Source of the DNA: Verrucomicrobiota bacterium
Lineage (GTDB): Bacteria > Verrucomicrobiota > Verrucomicrobiia > Chthoniobacterales > Chthoniobacteraceae
Reading direction: 5' to 3'
DNA length: 64,000 bases
NCBI GenBank assembly: GCA_037975925.1
Contig: JBANFR010000002.1
Span: forward strand, 4,041-68,040
Shown: positions 35,201 through 42,381 of the stretch, one piece after another
How the letters are laid out: the number at the start of each line of letters is the position of its first letter
How positions within the stretch are numbered: the stretch's first letter is position 1
The notes under the pieces: generated by a model
Databases searched by the model: none
What the model saw: the letters and a program-made list of their open reading frames with translations, nothing else
What the model was told of the DNA's origin: nothing
Position numbers and translations under genes: made by a program

Positions 35201-36714
35201 ATGCAGCCAATGGTGGTGAGTTGGATGGGGGCGGGTTTCCGGGCGAACACGGGGAGACGATTGCGGGCGGTGTGTCCGGAAAGGTCGAAGAGGATGTCGA
35301 TACGGTGGTGGCGGATGAGGGCCTCCATGGCGTCGTCGTGAAGAGCGTGAACCTCGTGCCAATGGTCAAAGAGGGAGCGGAGATGGTCGGAGAGTTTGTC
35401 CTGCCTAGGCCGGTTGGAATAGGCGAAGAGTTCGAACCGGGAGCGGTCATGTGCCCGGAGGATGGGTTCGAGAAAGAAGGCGACCGAGTGCATGCAGAGG
35501 TCGCCTGAGACGTAGCCGACGCGGATCTTGCGGAGCGGGTCGGGATCCGAGAGCGGGAAGGGGGGAGGCTCAGGTCGGGAGGCCTCGTGAAGGAGATGGA
35601 ACTGGCGGTGGAGTTCGAATCGTTCGCGGGGAGAGAGGTCGTCGCGGTAGTTGGAGGTGTAGAGGAGGTCGCTGTGGAGGGAGGCGTTGAGCGGAGCCAG
35701 TGCGTGTGCTTGTTCGAAGCAGTCGAAGGCTGCCCGCGCGTCGCTTGCTCGGAGCAAGGTGGCGGCTCTTTCGAGCAATGCAGCCTGTTTTCCGGGGGTC
35801 AGCTGCAACGCTTTTTCAGAGGCTGATAAAGCACCGGGAATGTCTCCGAGTTCGCGCAGGGCGGTGGCCAAGTGGAGCCATGCACCGGCCCAGTCGGGTT
35901 GATGGCGGGTCACCTTCGAGAGAAGTCGGGCGCCCTCCTCGAATTGGTTGGTTTTTACGAGCGCCGTACCGAGGTTGTGCAGGGTGTGCAGGGAGTCGGG
36001 AGATTTCTCCAAGGCGCGGCGGAGGGTGCTGATGGCCTCTCCGTAAGCGCCCTTTTGAAAGAGGAGCGTTCCGAGACAGTGGAGGACGAGAGGGGAGTTG
36101 TCTCCAAAACGGACACAGGTGGCGTAAACGTCGAGGGCCTCGTCGGGAAGATCGTTGGCTTCCAGTGCTTGGCCGAGGGCGAACAGCACCTCTGCGGAGT
36201 TCGGAGAAAGCGCCGCTTCGCGTCGGAAGTGGAGCAGGGCGTCCGCAGCACGCCCCTCCTGAAGTCGAAGATGGCCCAACCTCGCATGGAGTCCCGGAGT
36301 GGTGGGGTGGTTCTGAAGAGCTTCCTCGAGGAATTGCCGGGCGAGGGCTTGCTCTCCCGCCTCGGTGAGGGTCTCAAGGAGAAATGAATAGAGGTGGGTG
36401 ACATTCGGCGCCCGGAGGGCCGCCGCGTGAAAAACGGGGAGAATGCGATCGCTTTCTCCCAGAGTTTGCAGGGTTCGAAGCAGAAGTTTGAGGGAGGCGG
36501 TGCACGTGGGGGTGGCCTCGAGGCTTTTCTGAAGTAAACTCTTGGCTACCATCGGCTGACCCGAGGAGAGGTGGAACGAGGCGAGGTGAAAGGCGGCCTC
36601 GCGATGAGTCGGTTCGATGGAGAGGATTTGGCGGCACAGTTCCGCACCTTCCTGAAGATGGCCGAGGCGGAAGTGGTTTTGAGCGCTGACGAAGAGTTCT
36701 GAAATGGAGGACAT
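32284..36714 (-). CDS. giant TPR protein carrying two complete [TPR array + SPINDLY/GT41-like glycosyltransferase] modules in tandem
   Basis: 1476 aa from ATG 36714 (the track start at 36744 is TTG). Module 1 catalytic block: KIRVGYVSGDLCMHSVAFFLEPILRAHDRSRFELFAYSN...IDILFDLSGHTARNRLPVFARKPAPIQLTTIGCMQTTGL. Module 2 catalytic block: KLRIGYVSADLREHSVHYFAEPLLRGYNRDQFEVFCYYN...IDILIDFSGHTAGNRVLLFGHKPAPIQVTMIGCMQSSGL. A multi-repeat TPR region precedes each. Confidence 0.8.
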   Translation of the reverse strand: MSSISELFVSAQNHFRLGHLQEGAELCRQILSIEPTHREAAFHLASFHLSSGQPMVAKSLLQKSLEATPTCTASLKLLLRTLQTLGESDRILPVFHAAALRAPNVTHLYSFLLETLTEAGEQALARQFLEEALQNHPTTPGLHARLGHLRLQEGRAADALLHFRREAALSPNSAEVLFALGQALEANDLPDEALDVYATCVRFGDNSPLVLHCLGTLLFQKGAYGEAISTLRRALEKSPDSLHTLHNLGTALVKTNQFEEGARLLSKVTRHQPDWAGAWLHLATALRELGDIPGALSASEKALQLTPGKQAALLERAATLLRASDARAAFDCFEQAHALAPLNASLHSDLLYTSNYRDDLSPRERFELHRQFHLLHEASRPEPPPFPLSDPDPLRKIRVGYVSGDLCMHSVAFFLEPILRAHDRSRFELFAYSNRPRQDKLSDHLRSLFDHWHEVHALHDDAMEALIRHHRIDILFDLSGHTARNRLPVFARKPAPIQLTTIGCMQTTGLSSIDFRITDAFLDPAGQTEAFHSEKLLRLDSGAFCFWPPPNGPEVSPAPFSKGQGVTFASFNNSAKISARVLECWAQILTQAPNTRLLMVGEKRNRAAQALQSLGIAPERLIVLERRPLQAYLELHSEVDVLLDTFPYSGLTGTLFAAWMGVPCLSLEGEHSVARSASAINAQLGLEGWIAKTPEHYVEIALEVARTPESLLPDRISLRNRVRERFCDASRFTRELEGRLLGLWAEWCEANRDQHSFDTQLTQTRIIAKTLLATGLLNEATHELEHWHRRTPGEPEPLLLLASVSIQQAQPERAANDLQTAATLAHDDPAILASVAELFSSIGRHRESLEVSQILAKKDPNDLKTLLRLGDTFRALERFAEAETAYREALRIAPDNAGLRQGLGAFLFKVLDQPLEALEVLNPKDHPWPESYSAHFARGVAYINCGRFSKAVESLRTAVGLHPEKAEPRINLGAALKELFQNDEAIEVLRSALRLEPRNTTAINNLGVSLRQKGDFAAAEKVFRELIQIAPNWFMGYLNLGSNLVQMGKNTEAISLFEKALELNPSSQGAFSSLIFCLNYEETVTPEEIFQKYREFSERFETPYLRRATPHPNLRDPERKLRIGYVSADLREHSVHYFAEPLLRGYNRDQFEVFCYYNYAIEDPVSLRLRRSVDHWRPILGHSDSAVAERIRADQIDILIDFSGHTAGNRVLLFGHKPAPIQVTMIGCMQSSGLRSMDYRFSDQWMDPVGQTEHLHTETLIRMEAGAFCLEPIADAPPVNPLPALQNGHLTFGSFNNLAKIKPTVLAVWAKILHRIPDSRLIVVGRSPETIRDALANLGIAPERIEPVGVLLRKEYLALHQRTDLLLDAFPYTGLTIDSIAAWMGVPSITIEGHCAAGRAGSAIMRRLGLPEFVARDEAAYEEATVRLAKDWTFLGKVRASLRSRCKHHLANTEAYVREFEQHLRRIWTEWCAKAQ

Positions 36715-36815
36715 CGAGGTTGAAGGCGCGGTCGGCGTGAGCAAAAGAGGTGCCGCCCCGGGGGCGGTTTTGACGGGATTTGATGGTCCGGGAGAGCTCT
36801 GTATAGTGGGGGGAG

Positions 36816-37892
36816 ATGTCCCTTCCGCTCCTGAGCTTATGTGTGATCGCGCGAAATTCAGCGGAAATTCTGGCTCGTTGTCTGGGATCGGTGCGGGGAG
36901 CGGTCGATGAAACCGTCGTGGTAGACACCGGCTCTACCGATGGAACCGAGTCGGTCGCCGCGGCCCTGGGAGCCCGGGTGATCCGTTTCGAGTGGACCGG
37001 TGATTTTAGTGCGGCGCGCAATCGGAGCCTGGAGGAGGCGACGGGGCGTTGGGTGTTGGTTTTGGATACTGACGAGTGGATGGAAGCGGGGGCGGCGCAA
37101 CAAGTCCGGGAGTTTGTGGAACAGTGGGAGCATGACAACCCCGACAAAAGGGCGGCTTTTCGCATCCGCCACCGGAGCGTGGCGGCCGGGTCGGGTGGTA
37201 CGGGGTCGCTTGCTCTGTTGACCCGGCTGTTCCCGCGGATTTCCGGTGTCTGCTACGAATTTGCGGTGCACGAGCAGGTGGAGACGAGTCTGCTTCGCTT
37301 GGGGGTGCCGGTTTTGGAGGATCTCTGGGATCGGCCGGTGGAGATTCTCCACGATGGCTACGTCGAACCCGAAAAGGTACGTGAAAAGCAGTGGCGAAAT
37401 TTGGAGATATTTCAGGAGCAAATCCGGCAGGGCAGCGGCTTCTTGCCGATGAACCGTTTTTTGCTCGCCGGTTGTCTCTGGGATCTGGGCGCCTATTCGG
37501 CCGCTTTGGCTGCCTACCGACTCTGTTACGTGGAGGCGCTCCAAGCGGGGGATGTCCAGTTGGTTTCCAGCGCGTTGATTCGCAGTTCGGCGTGTCTGGT
37601 GAAAGAAAAGGACTGGGAGGGAGCCCGTGAATTGTGCCGGGCGGGTCGCGCAATCGGCGCAAGCCATCCCGAATTTCTTCTCACTCAGGCGAGGGTGGCC
37701 TTTCATTTCGGAGAACGCGAGGAGGCCGAGATCCTCGTGAAGCGGTTGAGCCAATTGGAGGAGAGGCCTTGGGTGCCTCCCTGCGACGTGGGAATGCTGC
37801 GCATGAAGGCGGAGCTCTGGTTGACGAAGGAGTTGCTCCGCGCCCGATTGGGCAAAACGTCAGAGCAGTCCGTCGACGACTGGCTTTCCTAA
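36816..37892 (+). CDS. family-2 glycosyltransferase (GT-A) with a C-terminal TPR-like helical domain
   Basis: LSLCVIARNSAEILARCLGSVRGAVDETVVVDTGSTDGTESVAA...FSAARNRSLEEATGRWVLVLDTDEWM shows a GT2 fold with a DxD motif (DTDE). A GGGGGGAG Shine-Dalgarno-like run lies before the ATG. The gene is divergent from the 1476-aa gene. Confidence 0.8.
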   Translation: MSLPLLSLCVIARNSAEILARCLGSVRGAVDETVVVDTGSTDGTESVAAALGARVIRFEWTGDFSAARNRSLEEATGRWVLVLDTDEWMEAGAAQQVREFVEQWEHDNPDKRAAFRIRHRSVAAGSGGTGSLALLTRLFPRISGVCYEFAVHEQVETSLLRLGVPVLEDLWDRPVEILHDGYVEPEKVREKQWRNLEIFQEQIRQGSGFLPMNRFLLAGCLWDLGAYSAALAAYRLCYVEALQAGDVQLVSSALIRSSACLVKEKDWEGARELCRAGRAIGASHPEFLLTQARVAFHFGEREEAEILVKRLSQLEERPWVPPCDVGMLRMKAELWLTKELLRARLGKTSEQSVDDWLS

Positions 37893-37946
37893 GAGGACAA
37901 GGAGCCGCTGCCTCGTGGGCATGAACTCCGTGGGGCGGAAAAGGTC

Positions 37947-37983
37947 AAAAAAAAACCTCCTCCCGCGAGGGAGGAGGTTTTTT
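37947..37983. terminator. bidirectional rho-independent terminator between the GT2 gene and the flagellin genes
   Basis: A9 - cctcctccc - gcga - gggaggagg - T6. The perfect 9-bp stem is flanked by an A-tract and a T-tract, so it serves both convergent transcription units. Confidence 0.85.
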
Positions 37984-38013
37984 GAACGGGATAACTCCGG
38001 TTCCAGTAAAGGA

Positions 38014-38844
38014 CTACTGGAGGAGTTTGAGGGCGATCTGAGCCGAAGCGTTCGCCTGGGAAAGCATCGCGGATCCAGCTTGGACCAAGATGTTGTTCCG
38101 AGCGAGACGGGTGGTTTCCATTGCGACGTCGACGTCGATGATGCGGCTGTTCGCAGACTCAAGGTTGGTCCGATTGGTTTCCAACGAGTCCAGAGCGAAC
38201 TGCAAACGGGAGGACTGAGCACCGTTGTTGGCGCGATTCGTGGCCATCTCTGAGATCGCGCTCGAGATCGAATCAACGGACAGACCCTGGAAGGCTGCCA
38301 CGCTGCTGATGCTGGCTGTATCCATCACCGCGGTCATTGCGGAGGTCGAGAGAGCGACCTGCGAGATGCCCATGGTCTGGAGACCGTCTTCCGACAAACG
38401 CACCGTCAGGCTTCCGCTCGAGGTAGCCGCCGCAAAGAGGCTGATCCCGTTGAAGGACTCCGTCATCACCTTGGAGAACTCAAGCTGCAAAGAATTGAAT
38501 TCCGTGAGGTAGTTGTTGATGTCACCCGTCGTCTTGGTGACGTCGGAGGCCAGGGTGCGCAGCTCAGACATGCGCTGGAGAACGTCCGCCGCAGCCTTCA
38601 AGGATCCGTCCTGCGTCTGGAGGAAGGAGAGTGCGTTGGAGACGTTTGCAGAAGTGGCGTCCGTGCGTTTCAAGGCAGCCGCCAGACGGGTGGAAACCGC
38701 CAAGCCGCCGGCGTCATCCGAGGAGGTCGCAATCTTGGATCCGCTGGAGAGGCGCTGAAGGCTCTTCTGCAAGAGCATATTGCTCTTGGAGAGGTTGGTC
38801 GAAGCCAGGCTGGCTGGAATATTCGTGTTAATGGAAATAGCCAT
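38014..38844 (-). CDS. fliC: flagellin (276 aa, short form without large outer domains), downstream paralog
   Basis: The N-terminus is MAISINTNIPASLASTNLSKSNMLLQKSLQRLSSGSKI...DDAGGLAVS. The C-terminus is ANSRIIDVDVAMETTRLARNNILVQAGSAMLSQANASAQIALKLLQ. These are canonical D0/D1 flagellin termini. Confidence 0.95.
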   Translation of the reverse strand: MAISINTNIPASLASTNLSKSNMLLQKSLQRLSSGSKIATSSDDAGGLAVSTRLAAALKRTDATSANVSNALSFLQTQDGSLKAAADVLQRMSELRTLASDVTKTTGDINNYLTEFNSLQLEFSKVMTESFNGISLFAAATSSGSLTVRLSEDGLQTMGISQVALSTSAMTAVMDTASISSVAAFQGLSVDSISSAISEMATNRANNGAQSSRLQFALDSLETNRTNLESANSRIIDVDVAMETTRLARNNILVQAGSAMLSQANASAQIALKLLQ

Positions 38845-38884
38845 AAATTAAGATAGTTTTAGAATTCAGTAGAGCGGGAGCAGA

Positions 38885-39715
38885 CTACTGGAGGAGTTTG
38901 AGAGCGATCTGAGCCGAGGCGTTTGCCTGAGAGAGCATCGCCGAACCGGCCTGAACGAGGATGTTATTGCGCGCCAAACGGGTGGTTTCGAGTGCCACGT
39001 CCACGTCGATGATACGGCTGTTGGCCGCTTCGAGGTTGGTGTGGTTGGTTGCCAGAGCGTCCAGAGCGAACTGGAGGCGGGAGGACTGAGCTCCGTTGTT
39101 TGCGCGGTTGGTCGCCATCTCGGAGATCGCACTCGAGATTGCATCCGTGGACAGGGCTTGGAATGCAGCCACGTCAGACACGTTGTTGCCATCCACCACG
39201 GCGGTCATCACGGAGGTCGAGAGAGCGACCTGCGAGATGCCCATGGTCTGGAGACCGTCTTCGGAGAGTTGGACTGTCAGACTTCCGTTTGAAGTGGCCG
39301 CCGCGAAGAGACTGATCCCATTGAAGGACTCCGTCATCACTTTGGAGAATTCAGCCTGAAGGGACTTGAATTCGGTGAGGTAGTTGTTGATGTCACCCGT
39401 GGTTTTGGTGACGTCGGAAGCGAGGGTGCGCAGTTCAGACATGCGCTGGAGGACGTCGGCTGCCGCCTTCAGAGATCCGTCCTGGGTCTGGAGGAAGGAA
39501 AGGGCATTCGATACGTTTGCGGAGGTTGCGTCGGTCCGCTTGAGAGCAGCTTCCAAGCGCATGGAAACGGCGAGACCACCGGCGTCATCGGAGGCGCTGG
39601 CGATTTTGGAGCCGCTGGACAGGCGTTGGAGGCTCTTTTGAAGCAGAGAATTGCTCTTGCTGAGGTTCGTCGAGGCGAGGCTCGCCGGGATGTTGGTGTT
39701 GATTGAAACGGGCAT
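38885..39715 (-). CDS. fliC: flagellin (276 aa), promoter-proximal paralog
   Basis: MPVSINTNIPASLASTNLSKSN...LLQ has the same architecture as 38014-38844. 26 of 276 residues differ by hand alignment. An AAGGA Shine-Dalgarno sequence lies 4 nt before the ATG. Confidence 0.95.
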   Translation of the reverse strand: MPVSINTNIPASLASTNLSKSNSLLQKSLQRLSSGSKIASASDDAGGLAVSMRLEAALKRTDATSANVSNALSFLQTQDGSLKAAADVLQRMSELRTLASDVTKTTGDINNYLTEFKSLQAEFSKVMTESFNGISLFAAATSNGSLTVQLSEDGLQTMGISQVALSTSVMTAVVDGNNVSDVAAFQALSTDAISSAISEMATNRANNGAQSSRLQFALDALATNHTNLEAANSRIIDVDVALETTRLARNNILVQAGSAMLSQANASAQIALKLLQ

Positions 39716-39803
39716 ATGATCCTTCGTTTGTGGTTTGCTACTTCCTTGTTTTGTTCAGTGGGGTGGGGCGGGTCCCTTCTGAAGGCACCTGCCCACACGA
39801 AAC

Positions 39804-39831
39804 TGATCGGTCACCTGGGGGGGGAACTTAA
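39804..39831 (-). promoter_or_regulatory. candidate sigma28 (FliA)-type promoter for the flagellin pair
   Basis: The minus strand reads TTAAGTTC-N12-ACCGATCA against the consensus TAAAGTTT-N11-GCCGATAA (6/8 and 6/8 matches). It lies about 90 nt upstream of the ATG at 39715. The spacer contains a C8 run. Confidence 0.45.
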
Positions 39832-40027
39832 GGATTTCTTTGGAAAAAAGTCAGGGAAACTCCGGGAGGGCCCGTTTTGCCGGATGTGGAATCTTTTGAC
39901 TGGGGACACCTGCGATTTGCCGGGGGGGTGGGGCCGAGCCGGCGTAGATTTGGAGGTTTGGAAGAAGACGCGCTTCCCTGCAGACAGACATTGCGCAAGG
40001 AGTCGGCGGGCGGTTTTCTAGGGGCGT

Positions 40028-41053
40028 ATGAGAGTTCGCCTGAAGGATGTCGCCGCGAAGGCCAACGTGGCAGTGAACACGGCCTCCACCATTCTGAATC
40101 GCCGTCCGAATTCGTGGGCCTCGAAGGAGACCGCCGAGCGTGTTTTCCAGGCGGCGGAGGAATTGGGGTATCGCCCCAACCGGGCTGCGCTGGGGCTTCG
40201 CATCGGCCGCTTCCACGCGATTGGCCTGCTCATCGCCGATCTGAAGAATCCCTTTTATACGACTTTTGCACACCATCTGACCTTGGAGGCGGAGCGGGCC
40301 GGGTACGATGTGGTGATCGAGAGTTGGCGCAGTGACCTGGACCGCGAGAAAAAGTGTTTGGAGGAGATTTTGAACCGCCAGTTGGACGGGGTGGTGGCGT
40401 TTTTGAGCGATCATCAGGCGCACGACAGCTTTTTGAGGCGCCAGTTTTCGACGGGATCGCCCTTCGTGATTTTTGGAACGGCGGCTGGTGAGGTCTTGCC
40501 GGTAGACTGTGTTGTTTCAGACTTCGAGGTGGGGTTGAGGCAGGCTGTGTTTTCGCTGGTGGAGGCGGGACATCGCCGGTTTGCCTTCCTGAGTGCGCTT
40601 GCGGAAGGGCAGTCGGATGGGCATCGGTTGCGCCTCTTTAGCGATCTGATGCGGGAGATGTCGCTCACTGCAAAGATGGACCACCAGGTGTTGCGTTGCG
40701 GTCCCGCGATGGAGGATGCCTACGGGGCGGCGCGTGCCTGTCTGGCCATGGATTCCCGCCCGAGTGCGCTGCTTGCTCTGAATGATATTTCCGCCATGGC
40801 TGCCATGCGAGCGGCCAAGGATGTGGGACTGAGGGTTCCGGACGACCTGTCCGTTGTGGGGGTCGACAATATCCCGATGGGGACTTTTTTGCCTGTGAGC
40901 CTCTCCTCCATTGCCCAGCCTATCGCGCTGATCGCTGCGAAGGCGTGGGAGTTGATTCTCGGAAGAATCGAGTCTGGCCGCGAGATGGGACCACCCCAGC
41001 AGGTGGTCTTCCCTACGGAATATCTCCGGCGGGAAAGCTCGGGTCCTGCCTAG
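40028..41053 (+). CDS. LacI-family transcriptional regulator
   Basis: The N-terminal HTH is MRVRLKDVAAKANVAVNTASTILNRRP...AEELGYRPNRAA. A periplasmic-binding-protein-like sugar-binding fold follows. Confidence 0.85.
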   Translation: MRVRLKDVAAKANVAVNTASTILNRRPNSWASKETAERVFQAAEELGYRPNRAALGLRIGRFHAIGLLIADLKNPFYTTFAHHLTLEAERAGYDVVIESWRSDLDREKKCLEEILNRQLDGVVAFLSDHQAHDSFLRRQFSTGSPFVIFGTAAGEVLPVDCVVSDFEVGLRQAVFSLVEAGHRRFAFLSALAEGQSDGHRLRLFSDLMREMSLTAKMDHQVLRCGPAMEDAYGAARACLAMDSRPSALLALNDISAMAAMRAAKDVGLRVPDDLSVVGVDNIPMGTFLPVSLSSIAQPIALIAAKAWELILGRIESGREMGPPQQVVFPTEYLRRESSGPA

Positions 41054-41109
41054 GCGATCCTCAAGTCGGCCTTGCACCCGGGTGAGGGTTCTGGAACCCC
41101 TTTTAACCT

Positions 41110-42381
41110 ATGCTCGATATCCGCCTCATCCGCGAACAGCCCGATTATGTGAAAGCGCGTCTTGCCACTCGCGGGGGGGACGCCCATTTGCGCATTGAGG
41201 ATATCCTCGTGTGTGATCGGGAGAGGCGCGCGAGTGAAACGCGGTTGCAGCAGTTGCAGAGCGAACGCAAGCGCATGAGCAAGGAAATCGGCTCCCGGAA
41301 GTCCAAGGGCGAGGACACGAGTGAGTTGGAGGCGGAGGTCCGGGGCATTGGGGATTCGGTGGCCGCCCTGAATGAAGCCAGTGCGGCTTTGGACGAGAGA
41401 CAGCGGGACTTGCTCTTGCATTTGCCGAATCTGCCGCACGATGCGGCTCCCGTGGGGGTGGATGCTTCCGAGAATCCGGAGGTTCGGACCTGGGGCAAGC
41501 CGCCGGAGCTTTCGTTTACCCCGAAGAGTCATGTGGAGCTGGGAGAGCGTCTCGGGCTGTTTGATTTTGAGCGGGCGGCCAAGGTGAGCGGCAGCGCTTT
41601 TGTGTGCTTTACCCGCAACGGCGCGCGTCTGGAGCGCGCGCTTCTGAATTTCCTGCTGGATTTACACACCTCGCAGCACGGGTACGCGGAGGTGAGCACC
41701 CCCTTTGTCGTTCGACCGGAGGCGCTTGTTGGAACCTCCCAGCTGCCCAAGTTCGAAGACCAGCTCTATCGTTGTGATCGGGACGAGCTTTACCTCGCAC
41801 CCACGGCTGAGGTGCCAGTCACCAATCTGCATCGTGAGGAAATTCTGGCGGAGGACGCGCTGCCTCTGAGTTACGCGGCATACACGCCCTGTTTTCGCAG
41901 GGAGGCGGGTTCTGCGGGGCTGGGTACCCGGGGGCTGATCCGAATGCACCAATTCGACAAAGTCGAGCTGGTCAAAGTCACGACGCCTGAGGCGGCATCG
42001 CAGGCGCTGGAGGAACTCACTTCGCATGCGGAGCGCGTGTTGCAAATTTTGGGGCTCCATTACCGGGTCATCGAGCTGTGCACGGGCGACTTGGGATTTG
42101 GATCAGCAAAAACGTACGACATCGAGGTGTGGGCTCCCGGACAGCAGTCCTACCTCGAGGTGTCGAGCTGTTCCCACTTTGGGGACTTTCAGGCGAGGCG
42201 GATGAATCTCCGCTTCAAGGACGCCGAGGGAAAAAACCGATTCTGCCACACTCTGAACGGTTCCGGAACGGCGTTGCCGCGTCTCTTTGTCGCTCTTGTT
42301 GAGACTTATCAGCAGGCCGATGGAAGCATCCTCCTCCCCGAGGCGCTGCACTCTTATTTTGGATCCGATCGGATCGTTTGA
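41110..42381 (+). CDS. serS: serine--tRNA ligase
   Basis: MLDIRLIREQPDYVKARLATRG with an N-terminal coiled coil. The class II motifs are present (FRREAGSAG..., GSGTALPRLFVAL). Confidence 0.95.
   Translation: MLDIRLIREQPDYVKARLATRGGDAHLRIEDILVCDRERRASETRLQQLQSERKRMSKEIGSRKSKGEDTSELEAEVRGIGDSVAALNEASAALDERQRDLLLHLPNLPHDAAPVGVDASENPEVRTWGKPPELSFTPKSHVELGERLGLFDFERAAKVSGSAFVCFTRNGARLERALLNFLLDLHTSQHGYAEVSTPFVVRPEALVGTSQLPKFEDQLYRCDRDELYLAPTAEVPVTNLHREEILAEDALPLSYAAYTPCFRREAGSAGLGTRGLIRMHQFDKVELVKVTTPEAASQALEELTSHAERVLQILGLHYRVIELCTGDLGFGSAKTYDIEVWAPGQQSYLEVSSCSHFGDFQARRMNLRFKDAEGKNRFCHTLNGSGTALPRLFVALVETYQQADGSILLPEALHSYFGSDRIV

Larger units (their letters stand above)
38014..39715 (-). repeat. 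tandem duplication of an 831-bp flagellin gene (unit offset 871 bp)
   Basis: The two equal-length CDSs are separated by 40 nt. The nucleotide sequences are clearly alignable along their whole length, with many synonymous differences. Confidence 0.9.
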
